Source: an uncultured Roseivirgaceae bacterium (GTDB lineage Bacteria; Bacteroidota; Bacteroidia; Cytophagales; Cyclobacteriaceae). Taken from it: DNA of 64,000 nt. This document shows, piece by piece, positions 1 through 10,200 of this stretch. A program made the position numbers and the translations under genes. The notes under the pieces were generated by a model. It was not told where the DNA came from, made no database searches, and saw nothing but the letters and a program-made list of their open reading frames with translations. The stretch is taken from contig CAYWOQ010000003.1 in assembly GCA_964459925.1 (NCBI GenBank), positions 14,304 to 78,303 on the forward strand, read 5' to 3'. Each line of letters starts with the position of its first letter. Positions within the stretch are counted from its first letter, which is position 1.

Positions 1-180
1 TTTTTCATCTTCCAGTACCATCCAGGGTAAGTTGTATCGATTCATGTCTCTTTCCACTCTTCGCTTCTTTTCATCTTCATCAATTGCTGTTAATTCAAAT
101 GTGGAATGTGAATTGGCGATATAATAATTGTAGATATTCACAATAGCTGAAAGATCCTTAAAGTCGATGGTCCTGATCAT
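1..180 (-). CDS. GNAT N-acetyltransferase, phosphinothricin-acetyltransferase/YncA-like (partial, runs off window)
   Basis: Hand translation from ATG at 180: MIRTIDFKDLSAIVNIYNYYIANSHSTFELTAIDEDEKKRRVERDMNRYNLPWMVLEDEK; IYNYYI...STFE is the typical Pat/YncA N-terminus. Confidence 0.8.
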   Translation of the reverse strand, partial: MIRTIDFKDLSAIVNIYNYYIANSHSTFELTAIDEDEKKRRVERDMNRYNLPWMVLEDEK

Positions 181-423
181 GAAATAAATATCACTAATCT
201 ATTCTACTTCCCATCGATACATTAATTGAATTAAGAGAAGCTAAAATTGCATTTTTTATATATTTATCTCGATTTAAATGGATTGAAAGATATCTACTTT
301 GACTTTTCGAAAGAATTGTGTGCTTCATCGATCTTTTGACCAAGTTCACAGATTTCTTCCCGTAATAAAAATCCTGAACCCTACTTTCGGAGTATACAAT
401 TTCAACCAAGCCATATAAACTCC

Positions 424-588
424 ATGATTAGCCTGTTCAAAACATCCAAAATAAACGCACTTCAAAAAAAATACGATAAGCTTATGAAGGAAGCTTACGA
501 ACTTTCGAAAGTAAATCCTGAAGAAAGTTTAAAAAAACAAAAAGAGGCACAAAAAGTACAACTCCAAATCATCTCAAACCCTCTTTAA
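424..588 (+). CDS. Lacal_2735-family small helical protein (54 aa, not in ORF track)
   Basis: Hand translation MISLFKTSKINALQKKYDKLMKEAYELSKVNPEESLKKQKEAQKVQLQIISNPL; LQKKYxKLMxEAYxLS pattern of this Bacteroidota family; TACTTTCG promoter-like element about 35 nt upstream. Confidence 0.75.
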   Translation: MISLFKTSKINALQKKYDKLMKEAYELSKVNPEESLKKQKEAQKVQLQIISNPL

Positions 589-731
589 AGAATCTTATCG
601 CCTGTAGAATAATGGATGGTATTTTCCTAACACTCCCCAAAGTGTATTGGAGAATACCTTCTGTTCTATTATTTATTTCTGGTACACAATCCTAAGGGCA
701 GCGTATCCATATTTGCCTTCACTACAGGTCT

Positions 732-1493
732 ATGAAAAAAATATTCTATCTAAGTTCAATCGTATTTTTTGTTGGATGCACAACAAACAAAGAACACGTG
801 CAGGAAGAAAATTATTCCAGCCCACCACATCATATGGCTAATTTGATCAAGGTCTTTGATGCACATGGTGGTTACGAAAACTGGAATAAACTAAGGTCTT
901 TATCGTATAAAAAAGGAAATGAACTAACAATTACCAACTTAAAAAATCGAAAAATTCTCGTGGCATCTCCTGATCGTACGATTGGGTTTGATGGAAAAAA
1001 TGTTTGGATTGCACCAGATACCCTCGATGCAAGTGGCGCACGATTTTACCACAACTTGTATTTCTATTTTTATGCTATGCCATTTGTCGTAGGAGATCCG
1101 GGTGCTTATTACGAAGCGCTTGAACCTAGAACGATACAAGGCAAAACATATGGAGGAATAAAAGTTTCATACAATGAAGGAGTAGGAGATGCTCCAGATG
1201 ATAATTACATCATCTGGTACGACCCCAAGACCTTTCAAATGGAATGGTTAATGTATACCGTAACGTACAGAAGCGGCCAACCAAATGATCGATATAGTTT
1301 GATCAAATATGAAGAATGGAAGACCTTTGAAAAGGTTCTTCTTCCTCAGAAATTAACATGGTATCACTATCAAAATGATCTAGTTGGTGATATTCGGTCT
1401 GAAGTATTTTTTAAGGATATCAATTTATCTGAGGAAGCCCCGGAATCTGCTTTATTTGAAATGCCTGATGATGCCATGATTGCACCGATCTAA
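732..1493 (+). CDS. Lipoprotein, DUF6503-like (LolA-like fold suspected)
   Basis: Lipobox FFVGC; AHGG..W, FYHNLYFYFYAMPF, GDAPDDxY motifs recalled for this family. Confidence 0.7.
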   Translation: MKKIFYLSSIVFFVGCTTNKEHVQEENYSSPPHHMANLIKVFDAHGGYENWNKLRSLSYKKGNELTITNLKNRKILVASPDRTIGFDGKNVWIAPDTLDASGARFYHNLYFYFYAMPFVVGDPGAYYEALEPRTIQGKTYGGIKVSYNEGVGDAPDDNYIIWYDPKTFQMEWLMYTVTYRSGQPNDRYSLIKYEEWKTFEKVLLPQKLTWYHYQNDLVGDIRSEVFFKDINLSEEAPESALFEMPDDAMIAPI

Positions 1494-1542
1494 ACGTTGA
1501 TGGATTGTTTTTTACATAGTTTTGAGGATTAATCCCCTAACT

Positions 1543-2577
1543 ATGAAAACCTTTTTTTCAATTTTGGCTTTATTTCTTTCTGGAGTGGTCATTGGTCAAT
1601 CAGAAAAATCTCCCTTAGACGATTTGCCGGATTACATTGATCAGCTCACCCAATTTGGACAAAGAGCCGATTGGTCATTGGATGGGAAAAAGATCTTATT
1701 CGTAGAGAAAACTTTCGGCGATGTTTATGAAGTTGAAGTTGAAACGGGAATTATCAGCCCTGTAACTCACCACTTTTTTCACGAAGGATTTGTACGTGCT
1801 TTGTACCTTTCCAATGGTGACATATTACTCTCTGGAGCAAAAGAATTTGACGCAAAAGATCCCTGGAAAAGTAGGGATGCAAGGAACACCGAGCTTTGGG
1901 TTCTTGACAAAACACTAAAATCTCCACCGGTAACATTAGGTGTACATTGTAAAGAAGGACCAGCCGTCTCTAGAAAAAACCTTTCCATCGCCTGGGCACT
2001 TGGCTCTACCGTGTATGCAGGAACTATTGAATACGTTAATGGTAAACCCAAGTTGAAAAAATGGAGACCCCTTTTTTCTTCTGGCGATCTACCCTCTCCA
2101 GCTAAAGGTTGGGATGTCGAAACGCAAAACTTCAATCCATTTAACGAAAATAAACTCTTTTTTTACGCTTTTGGAGGCCAATTTGGCTACCAGGCAGAAG
2201 TGCTCAGTTTTGATATGGAAAGCAAAAAGTTTACGAATTATTCAAACAGTAGAGAAACCTATGATGAGGCGGAGGGCATATTTCCTGACGGCTTAAGTAT
2301 GCTCATTGAAAGCAACAGACATCGAACAAAATACAAAGGCATGAAAGAGTTCCTCACGCTTGATATTTATAAGCTAAACCTGGATGGTCAAGGTGAGGTG
2401 GAACGAATGACTTATTTTAACGATAACCCAAAGTACAAAGCGTCTAACCCCGTAGTAAGTGATGATGGAAAGTACATGGCTTTCCAATATGCCATCTCAA
2501 CGGATGAAGCGGGACAAGGTCGAGGCATTTTAGTGCTTGATATCGATAAATGGGAAAGAAAAAAGGGGGAAAAATAG
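1543..2577 (+). CDS. Secreted TolB-like/PD40 beta-propeller protein
   Basis: Signal peptide MKTFFSILALFLSGVVIG (ATG at 1543 preferred over 1522); WSLDGKKILF, FPDG, NPVVSDDGKYMAF repeats. Confidence 0.7.
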   Translation: MKTFFSILALFLSGVVIGQSEKSPLDDLPDYIDQLTQFGQRADWSLDGKKILFVEKTFGDVYEVEVETGIISPVTHHFFHEGFVRALYLSNGDILLSGAKEFDAKDPWKSRDARNTELWVLDKTLKSPPVTLGVHCKEGPAVSRKNLSIAWALGSTVYAGTIEYVNGKPKLKKWRPLFSSGDLPSPAKGWDVETQNFNPFNENKLFFYAFGGQFGYQAEVLSFDMESKKFTNYSNSRETYDEAEGIFPDGLSMLIESNRHRTKYKGMKEFLTLDIYKLNLDGQGEVERMTYFNDNPKYKASNPVVSDDGKYMAFQYAISTDEAGQGRGILVLDIDKWERKKGEK

Positions 2578-2615
2578 ATAAAAACGTTTTTTCATTTATA
2601 TGGGTCTTAATTTAA

Positions 2616-3827
2616 ATGATAGCTCATTTTGAAATGGATTTACTCTTTAAATATCTTCTCTATGTTGGCTTTGTTGGTGGAGTTCTAGCAACCAAGGCTC
2701 AAACTCAAGATATCGAGGTATGTCTACCGCATGGATTTACCAGCTCAAGTGAGAGATTTACAGAAATTCATTCTAGTGATTTTGTTAAAGTACCTACCGG
2801 AAAAGTCAAAATTCCAGTCGTAATTCACGTTTTTCATGATGGCGATTCAGGGAGAATTTCCATGGAACAAGCAAAATCAGGCCTTGCCATTATTAATAGA
2901 GATTTTAATGGATTAAATGATGATTTTAACAATATCGATCCTCGTTTTGATTCAATTAAATCAAAGATGAATATTGAATTTTCTTTGGCCAGAATAGATC
3001 CCAATGGTAATAAGACCAGTGGAATTATTTATCATGAAGATCGAGTGGCAGCTTTCAATAGAAACTTCAAGATCTATGATTATTCATGGGATAATTTCAA
3101 ATATTTAAACATCTATTTACCGATTTATAGTTACAGCAGGCCGTCCCTCAGAACAGCCTATGCAACATTACCAAGTACAAATGAATCGCTAGTTGGAAGA
3201 GACGGTATTGTACATAGTTCCGTTAGATGGGGGGTGGGTGAAAAATCGGAGTTGGAAGAAGAAAGTGAACTACTGTCTATAGCCACACATGAGGTCGGAC
3301 ATTGGCTCAACTTAAACCATACCTTTAGTTCAAATTGTAATGGAATTGGAGATTCAGTGGACGATACACCTCCAACACTAGGAGATTCCATTACTTTTTC
3401 TGGTTGCAAAAATTTTGACTTTAGCTGTGGTGTTCCTAGCAATGGCTCAAATTACATGAACTATAATCACGGATGTAAAAAAATGTTTACCAAGGGTCAG
3501 GTAAATCGAATGCTGGAATCTTTAGTGCATCCCTCACGAGTACAACACTGGTCATTAGAAAATTTAATTGCTACAGGATTACTAGAAACACAAACCAATG
3601 AGTCATTAGCAGTTTTTTTTGATAACAGAGAGATATTAACATTTCTTTCCAACAAACCAATGTCTCGTTTAGAGCTTTTTGATCATACAGGCCGAAATGT
3701 ATACCAGAAAAATACACTTGAACAAACTATTCTGGCAATAGAAAAGCTAAAGACAAAAGGACTAATTCTCTACAGGGCTTTCTTCGCAGATAACACAATT
3801 GAGTCTGGTAGAATTATCGCTCGCTGA
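2616..3827 (+). CDS. M43 (pappalysin/ulilysin-like) zinc metalloprotease with degenerate T9SS C-terminal domain
   Basis: HEVGHWLNLNH zinc motif, Met-turn NYMNY, FTKGQVNRM; IPVVIHV start of catalytic domain; C-terminal LFDHTGRNV...GLILY resembles a type A CTD. Confidence 0.85.
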   Translation: MIAHFEMDLLFKYLLYVGFVGGVLATKAQTQDIEVCLPHGFTSSSERFTEIHSSDFVKVPTGKVKIPVVIHVFHDGDSGRISMEQAKSGLAIINRDFNGLNDDFNNIDPRFDSIKSKMNIEFSLARIDPNGNKTSGIIYHEDRVAAFNRNFKIYDYSWDNFKYLNIYLPIYSYSRPSLRTAYATLPSTNESLVGRDGIVHSSVRWGVGEKSELEEESELLSIATHEVGHWLNLNHTFSSNCNGIGDSVDDTPPTLGDSITFSGCKNFDFSCGVPSNGSNYMNYNHGCKKMFTKGQVNRMLESLVHPSRVQHWSLENLIATGLLETQTNESLAVFFDNREILTFLSNKPMSRLELFDHTGRNVYQKNTLEQTILAIEKLKTKGLILYRAFFADNTIESGRIIAR

Positions 3828-3832
3828 TAGTT

Positions 3833-6800
3833 TTATTCTCCGATCATCACAAATGCACCCCAATAATACGGTTTTTTGTATTTATCTCTGATTCGTTTTT
3901 GGGCTGAGTTAAATGCTCGCTGTTTATCCCCATGGGATAACCATTCCTCGTAAAAAACGGTCATCAACTCTTGGGTTGCATCGTCATCCACTGTCCACAT
4001 GGACATAATTATCGCATCTGCTCCTGCAATTTGAAACGCTCTTTGTAATCCATAGACCCCTTCTCCATTTTTGATCTCTCCAAGGCCTGTTTCACAAGCA
4101 GACATTACTACAACATCGGTTTTATCCAGATTCATATTCATTGCCTCGTAGGCGGTAAGAATTCCATCATCTCCATTGTGTTCTGCAGTGATCTCTCCTT
4201 GTTGAATATATGTATTGGCCCCTGCCAATATCAACCCAGATCTCAAAAGCGGATTCTCAGCATAAGAATCCTCGCTCTTTTCATCAGGATCTAATTCAAG
4301 AAAAAATCCGTGTGTTGCGATATGTAAGATGTTCGGATTATCCACACTTTTAAGTGTTCCCTCTAACGCATCGTTCAAGAAATATGAATCTGCTTTTTTG
4401 TCCGTTTCCGCGTATAGGCTGTCGATGAGTTCTACTTCCTTTTTAGTACCCGGAAGCATGGCCAAACCGTTGAATGACCTCATGTATCGAACCAGATTCC
4501 CTCTGACTCCTCGGGGTATGGAAGCCCCACGAGCCAATGATCCTTCTCCACCACTTCTTGTGCCTCGAATCCCACGCACGCCTCTAACGCCTCTGTCCTC
4601 TGCTTCTCCGGTTGTCGCTTCATCTGCACCCATACTGTACTCAGGATAGCCAAAAAAGACACTCCTGCCTCCTGGTTCAAAAGCTGGTGACTCTTCTAAC
4701 AAGTCTTTGGTGTTTGTTACCAACGCCAAATCAATTTCATCCAGAAGATAATTCTTGGTTTTGGAGTTTTGCAATGTATAGATACTGATCTGATTATAGA
4801 CACCGTCAGGGGCAAAGTAGATTTTGTCTATGCCATCAAGTCTTCTTGCAATCGGTTCCCAGAAAAGTCGATACGAGTAATTTTCAGAAATTTTAAATCG
4901 TATGGCATTTCGATAATTGGCCAGGAATTTTTTCTCCATTTGCGCACCATTCCGGAGGATGACCATCTCAGGATAATCTTCAGTATCATGACGAACGATC
5001 ATTGCTGCGTAGTGAACTTCATCGGAAAATACACCAGCTGAATCAGTGGAGAAATTTCGGTACCTCACCATTTCTACGGCAGCTTCACCAGGTTTTAATA
5101 CGTCACGAATATCTTTCCATGATAAGCTTTTGTTCGCAAAGTTTTTCCCAAAGGCTTGAGATGATTTGCTCAATTCCTCTTCCAGTGCATTAGAGGTGAT
5201 AGTAAGTGAATCGATTTTTTTATTCCTAAGAACAATATCCATATCGGTTGCACTGAAGAGCTTAGCCATCTGCTCTTTTTGAGATATCCATAATTCAAAC
5301 TTATCAATCAAGGTTTGATCACCGCTAGACAGGATGCTTTCCCTCACTTTTGAAGTAGCATACATGATTAATCCTTTTAACGCTAACTGATAATCATATA
5401 TCTCGCCAAGCAATTCTTTGTCTTCTCTGGAGGTCTCTTCAATAAAAGAAATATACTGCTCAAAACCAGGTCGAAGCTTTGTGTAGTAGAATGTTGCTTT
5501 TTCCTCCTCCGTAAGAACGGGAAAGAAACTATTGATCTGTTTAAAATAATTTTTGAAAGTCTCTTGGTAGTATTTAAGGGCTTCTTTTGAATTGCCTTTC
5601 TTCCAATTAAGAACCGCCATCTGTCTGGTCGTTCTTGCATAAAGTGGATGTGTAGTTCCCAGCGTCTTTTTCCTAATTTGTAATGCTTCAGAAGCTAGCT
5701 GTTCTGCCTTATCCAGTTCATCGTAGATCATGTAGGCATTACTAAGATTATACATGGGTCTAGAGGTTTCCCAGTTAGATTCTCCTAGCACCTCTCTATA
5801 TACAGAAATAGCTTCTTCTCCATTTTTAATCGCTAGATCAGTTTGCCCGTTATTGACATATAACTCAGAAAGTTGACTCTGTGCTCTAGCATAGTCTAGG
5901 TTATTTTTATCTCCGCTTGATTCAATCACACTCAAGGCCGTCTTAAATGCTTTTTCAGCAGGACCGAAGTTTCTTGCATAACTATAAGAACGTCCAAGAT
6001 TAATCAGATCTAGTCCATAGATGAAGGAGTCCTCACCATAATATTCTTTATTCGACTCAGCTACCTCTTTCTGTATTTCGATAGCTTTTTCATAATTACC
6101 AAGATTGAAATAAACTCTTGCAAGATTTCCATTTATTGCAACAATAGCATCTTCATTCTCTCCTTGGGATCTTTCTAGAATACTTATGGCCTCAAGAAAT
6201 AATTCTTCCGCTTCAGGAAGTTTACTTTTATCTTCATAAAGAATTGCCAGACTATTTAAAGTAGAGACGTACTCAAAAGTTGTTTCAAGTCCATTTTCAA
6301 AAGCAATATCTACTGCATTCATGTACGTTTTCTCTGCTTTTCGATAATCACCTTTGATGGCATGGCAATCACCAATTGAGTTGAAGACGCCAATTTTTTC
6401 TGCAGGTGCCGACACATTTTTTTGTAAATCTTTCAGAACAGCTAGTCCTTTTTCTGCATCCTCCGTTAACAGGTACAATTCTGTCAGTGCCATGGAAGAA
6501 TCAAAGAAATCTGCGCTTTTCTTTCCACTTTTTTTAGCGTCAGCTTCTCTCAGTTCCACCAGGATTTTCTCAGCTTTTGTATAATAACCGAGCTCCGTTT
6601 GAATTCCTGCGATACTGAAAAGTGTATTGCTTGCAGTTTCCTCCGGTTGAATCTTCTTTCGAAGATCTAATTCGAGCGTGTAATAATCCAGTGCTTTTTG
6701 TAGCTCCCCAGTTTCCCAGTAGTATGCTTCGGCCAGGAAGGAATATACATTAGCCGCAACCGTATCTTCTTTATTTAAGAAAGTTTCTTGTGCTTTTTCT

Positions 6801-6943
6801 TCGTTATCCAATATCACCTGATAGTCATAATCAAGTACAGCATCATCCAGCTTGTAGTAAAATTTTTCTTCTTTCTTACTGGCAAACTGTGCCATTAGTG
6901 TGGTGGAAATGAGGCAAAGTATCAGCGCTTTTAAATATTTCAT
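3833..6943 (-). CDS. Signal-peptide-bearing TPR + CHAT (caspase-like, clan CD) protease
   Basis: N-terminal signal peptide; many TPR-like repeats; CHAT catalytic His (LHIATHGFF) and Cys (VVMSACETGLG); C-terminal PYYWGAFVMIG. Confidence 0.92.
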   Translation of the reverse strand: MKYLKALILCLISTTLMAQFASKKEEKFYYKLDDAVLDYDYQVILDNEEKAQETFLNKEDTVAANVYSFLAEAYYWETGELQKALDYYTLELDLRKKIQPEETASNTLFSIAGIQTELGYYTKAEKILVELREADAKKSGKKSADFFDSSMALTELYLLTEDAEKGLAVLKDLQKNVSAPAEKIGVFNSIGDCHAIKGDYRKAEKTYMNAVDIAFENGLETTFEYVSTLNSLAILYEDKSKLPEAEELFLEAISILERSQGENEDAIVAINGNLARVYFNLGNYEKAIEIQKEVAESNKEYYGEDSFIYGLDLINLGRSYSYARNFGPAEKAFKTALSVIESSGDKNNLDYARAQSQLSELYVNNGQTDLAIKNGEEAISVYREVLGESNWETSRPMYNLSNAYMIYDELDKAEQLASEALQIRKKTLGTTHPLYARTTRQMAVLNWKKGNSKEALKYYQETFKNYFKQINSFFPVLTEEEKATFYYTKLRPGFEQYISFIEETSREDKELLGEIYDYQLALKGLIMYATSKVRESILSSGDQTLIDKFELWISQKEQMAKLFSATDMDIVLRNKKIDSLTITSNALEEELSKSSQAFGKNFANKSLSWKDIRDVLKPGEAAVEMVRYRNFSTDSAGVFSDEVHYAAMIVRHDTEDYPEMVILRNGAQMEKKFLANYRNAIRFKISENYSYRLFWEPIARRLDGIDKIYFAPDGVYNQISIYTLQNSKTKNYLLDEIDLALVTNTKDLLEESPAFEPGGRSVFFGYPEYSMGADEATTGEAEDRGVRGVRGIRGTRSGGEGSLARGASIPRGVRGNLVRYMRSFNGLAMLPGTKKEVELIDSLYAETDKKADSYFLNDALEGTLKSVDNPNILHIATHGFFLELDPDEKSEDSYAENPLLRSGLILAGANTYIQQGEITAEHNGDDGILTAYEAMNMNLDKTDVVVMSACETGLGEIKNGEGVYGLQRAFQIAGADAIIMSMWTVDDDATQELMTVFYEEWLSHGDKQRAFNSAQKRIRDKYKKPYYWGAFVMIGE

Positions 6944-7200
6944 GGTAGTGTGTAGTTAAGCAGAAACGTAAAAGATTTTGAGAAGCTTAGTAGACAATTT
7001 AACGATTGATAAAATTAATACATTGCTTCTCTTCGATTTTTACAATTAATAGTGGAAATAGTAACATTAGTCGAATTAATGAAATAGTAATGCATATAAT
7101 AAGACTCAGAAAGCTCTTTACAGCGAATACCCAAATTCTGGTATTTCCATTAAGAAATTAGTTCACTAAATTGAAGAATTAAACTACCATCATACTGTCC

Positions 7201-10200
7201 ATGAAGCAATATTTACACCGAAAGACACTTGTCTGCGTTCTTTTCTTTGCCTTTTCTTTCCAAGCTTCCGCTCAATTCATCACGACATGGGCGGCTACTG
7301 GAGGATCAGTGACCATTCCGGTTCGTACCCCAACATATACCTACAATTACACTGTCACCTGGAGTAATCTCACCAATCCCGGAACTCTTGAAGGAACTCA
7401 GTCCAATATAACCGATGCGTTTACTATCACTCCACTCGAAGATGGCAGCATTTATCAAATTGAAATATCTGGCACCTATCCTTCCATTTACTTTAACAAT
7501 ACAGGAGATAAGGATAAGATACTAAGCGTCGAGCAATGGGGAACAAACCTTTGGGCTTCTATGCAGGAAGCCTTTTATGGGTGCACGAATTTAGTTATTA
7601 ATGCCGCTGATGCACCCGACCTTACTGGTGTAATTTCCCTTAGGCAGACCTTTAGAGGTTGTACAAGTTTTAATCAATCGATCGAATCCTGGGATGTAAG
7701 TAATGTGGTGGAGTTTTTCAGAATGTTTCAAGATGCAAGTTCCTTCAATCAACCATTAAATGGATGGAATATTGCCAGTGCCAACGATGTTTCTCATATG
7801 TTCTTAGGAGCCTCTGCATTTAATCAACCTCTTGACAACTGGAATACGACGGGAGTCACGCAGATCAAAGTCATGTTTCAAAATGCAACGAGCTTCAATC
7901 AGAATATCAATAACTGGGATGTGAGTTTGGTGACAGACATGGCTGGGACATTCGAAGGGGCTACCAGCTACAACCAGCCATTGAATAATTGGAATGTGGG
8001 GGATGTAACAACCTTTGGGAACATGTTTTTTGGTGCTTCTTCTTTTGATCAGTCACTGGGAGATTGGGATATGGGCAATGCTTCCAGTATTGGGTTTATG
8101 CTTTTTAATTCTGGCCTTTCTACCACCAATTATAGCAATACACTTATTGGTTGGGCAACTCAATCTGGCAGTTTGCAAAATGGTGTTTCCATGAATGCAA
8201 ACCTGAATTACAACAATGCCGGACAAACAGCCAGAAATATTCTGACCGGGGCACCAAATGATTGGGCAATTAGCAATGATACTTTTGTTGCCGATCTTAC
8301 AGTAACCAACACTAATGATTCTGGTCCCGGCTCACTCAGTGAGGCCATCCTGGACGCGAATGCTATTCCCGGCTCTACTATTTCCTTCAATATTCCTACA
8401 AGTGATGATAACTGGGACGGCACCTATTGGACGATAACACCTACCAATGCGCTCACGATCACAGGAGACGAAACAACCATTGATGGATACACACAGCCCG
8501 GATCATCGGTAGCAACTGAAGGAACCCCTGCTGAATTAAGAATCATTGTCAATGGAAGTGGAAAGCTTGGTTCGACAATGGGAGTAAATGGTAATAACAT
8601 TACTATAAGAGGATTGGTAATACAGGAAGCCCCTAATAATAGTCCTAATTTATTCGTAGCAAATGGCTCTAATATTAAAGTAGAGGGTTGTTACGTTGGG
8701 ACCACACCAGATGGTTTGGATAAGGACGCTAGCACAAGTGTTGGAGTCTCAGTCCAGAATTCCTCGACTAATGTAACAATTGGGGGAACTACACCCACGG
8801 AGCGAAACATTCTGAGCGGAAATAGTGGTGTAGGCTTATCGGAAGACCTGAATAATGTTAAGGTAATTGGAAATTACATTGGGGTTCAGCCTGATGGTCT
8901 GACCTTAATGCCTACTCCAACGAGAGGTGGGGTTGATATCAACTTGAATCCAGGTGCAGATGTTACCATCGGGGGAATCGCTGAAGGGGAGGGAAATATA
9001 ATTGCTGGGAATGGGCTCTTTTCAGAAGACGGGCTAAGCACCTTTGACGCTGAAGGAACAGTGACCATACTTGGTAATTCTTTCTACAATAATTCAGGAT
9101 TAGGTATTGACTTTATTTCAGATGATGTGACTTCCAACGATGGTTTCGAAGAGCCTGATGGAATTCAAAATTTTCCGGTTATAACCAGTGCAAGTCAAGC
9201 TGGTCCTGATTTTAATATTCAGGGGACGTTGATAAGTACACCCGGAACTGATTTCAGACTGGAGTTTTTCAGCAATCTAGCTGCGGATCCATCAGGCTTT
9301 GGCGAGGGAGAAGTTTTCTTAGGCGCAGCTAACGTCACCACAAATGGTTCAGGAGATGCACCATTTGACATTGACCTAACCTCTGTTTCTGTTTCTCCAG
9401 GAGCTTTTATCACAGCAACAGCCACCTCTTTTACCGCCGGGCCTATTTATGGCTCCACTTCTGAGTTTAGTCAGGCCTTTCAAACGCAGCGTTCTTTCAC
9501 CACCACCTGGGAAACAACAACAACTAATGAAACCATTACTATTGGAACCGGGGCTGGCACCTATGATTACACCATCAATTGGGGTGATGGAACCATCCAA
9601 AACTTAATAACTGGTGACCCCACGCACACATATGTTACACCAGGGACTTACACGGTGCAAATCACAGGTACGTTTCCTCATATTCAATTGAATAATAGTG
9701 GCTCTGCACCCAAATTGCAAAGCATCGAACAATGGGGCGATATTGCCTGGACTTCTTTTTCGAATGCCTTCAACGGATGTACCAACCTCACGTACAACGC
9801 AGCGGATGTACCGGATCTGACGGCCGTAACTACCATGTTTAATGCATTCCGCAACGCAACGTCATTCAATGGAGACATTAGCGGATGGGATGTAAGCAGT
9901 GTAGAGGGTTTTGCGTCCATGTTTTTCAACGCAACGTCCTTTGACCAACCCATTGGAAGCTGGAATACCAGCAGTGCTACAAACATGGAGTCGATGTTCC
10001 AGGGAGCTGCTAGCTTCAACCAACCACTAAACACGTGGACGGTATCGAATGTCACAAATATGAGAGATATGTTCAATGATGCCGTCCTGTTCGATCAACC
10101 ATTGAATAGCTGGGATGTTTCCTCTGTGACCGACATGACCGCATTGTTTCAGGATGCAACCGCTTTTAATGGCGCAATTGATCAATGGGATGTTTCCAGC

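Noticed and set aside
194-409. 71-aa minus-strand ORF
   Set aside because: TTG start, no recognisable motif, overlaps the probable promoter of the 424-588 gene; likely spurious.
3833-6943. CHAT protease as a CRISPR type III (Craspase-like) or anti-phage effector
   Set aside because: No cas, SAVED or NACHT partners nearby, and the protein has a Sec signal peptide.
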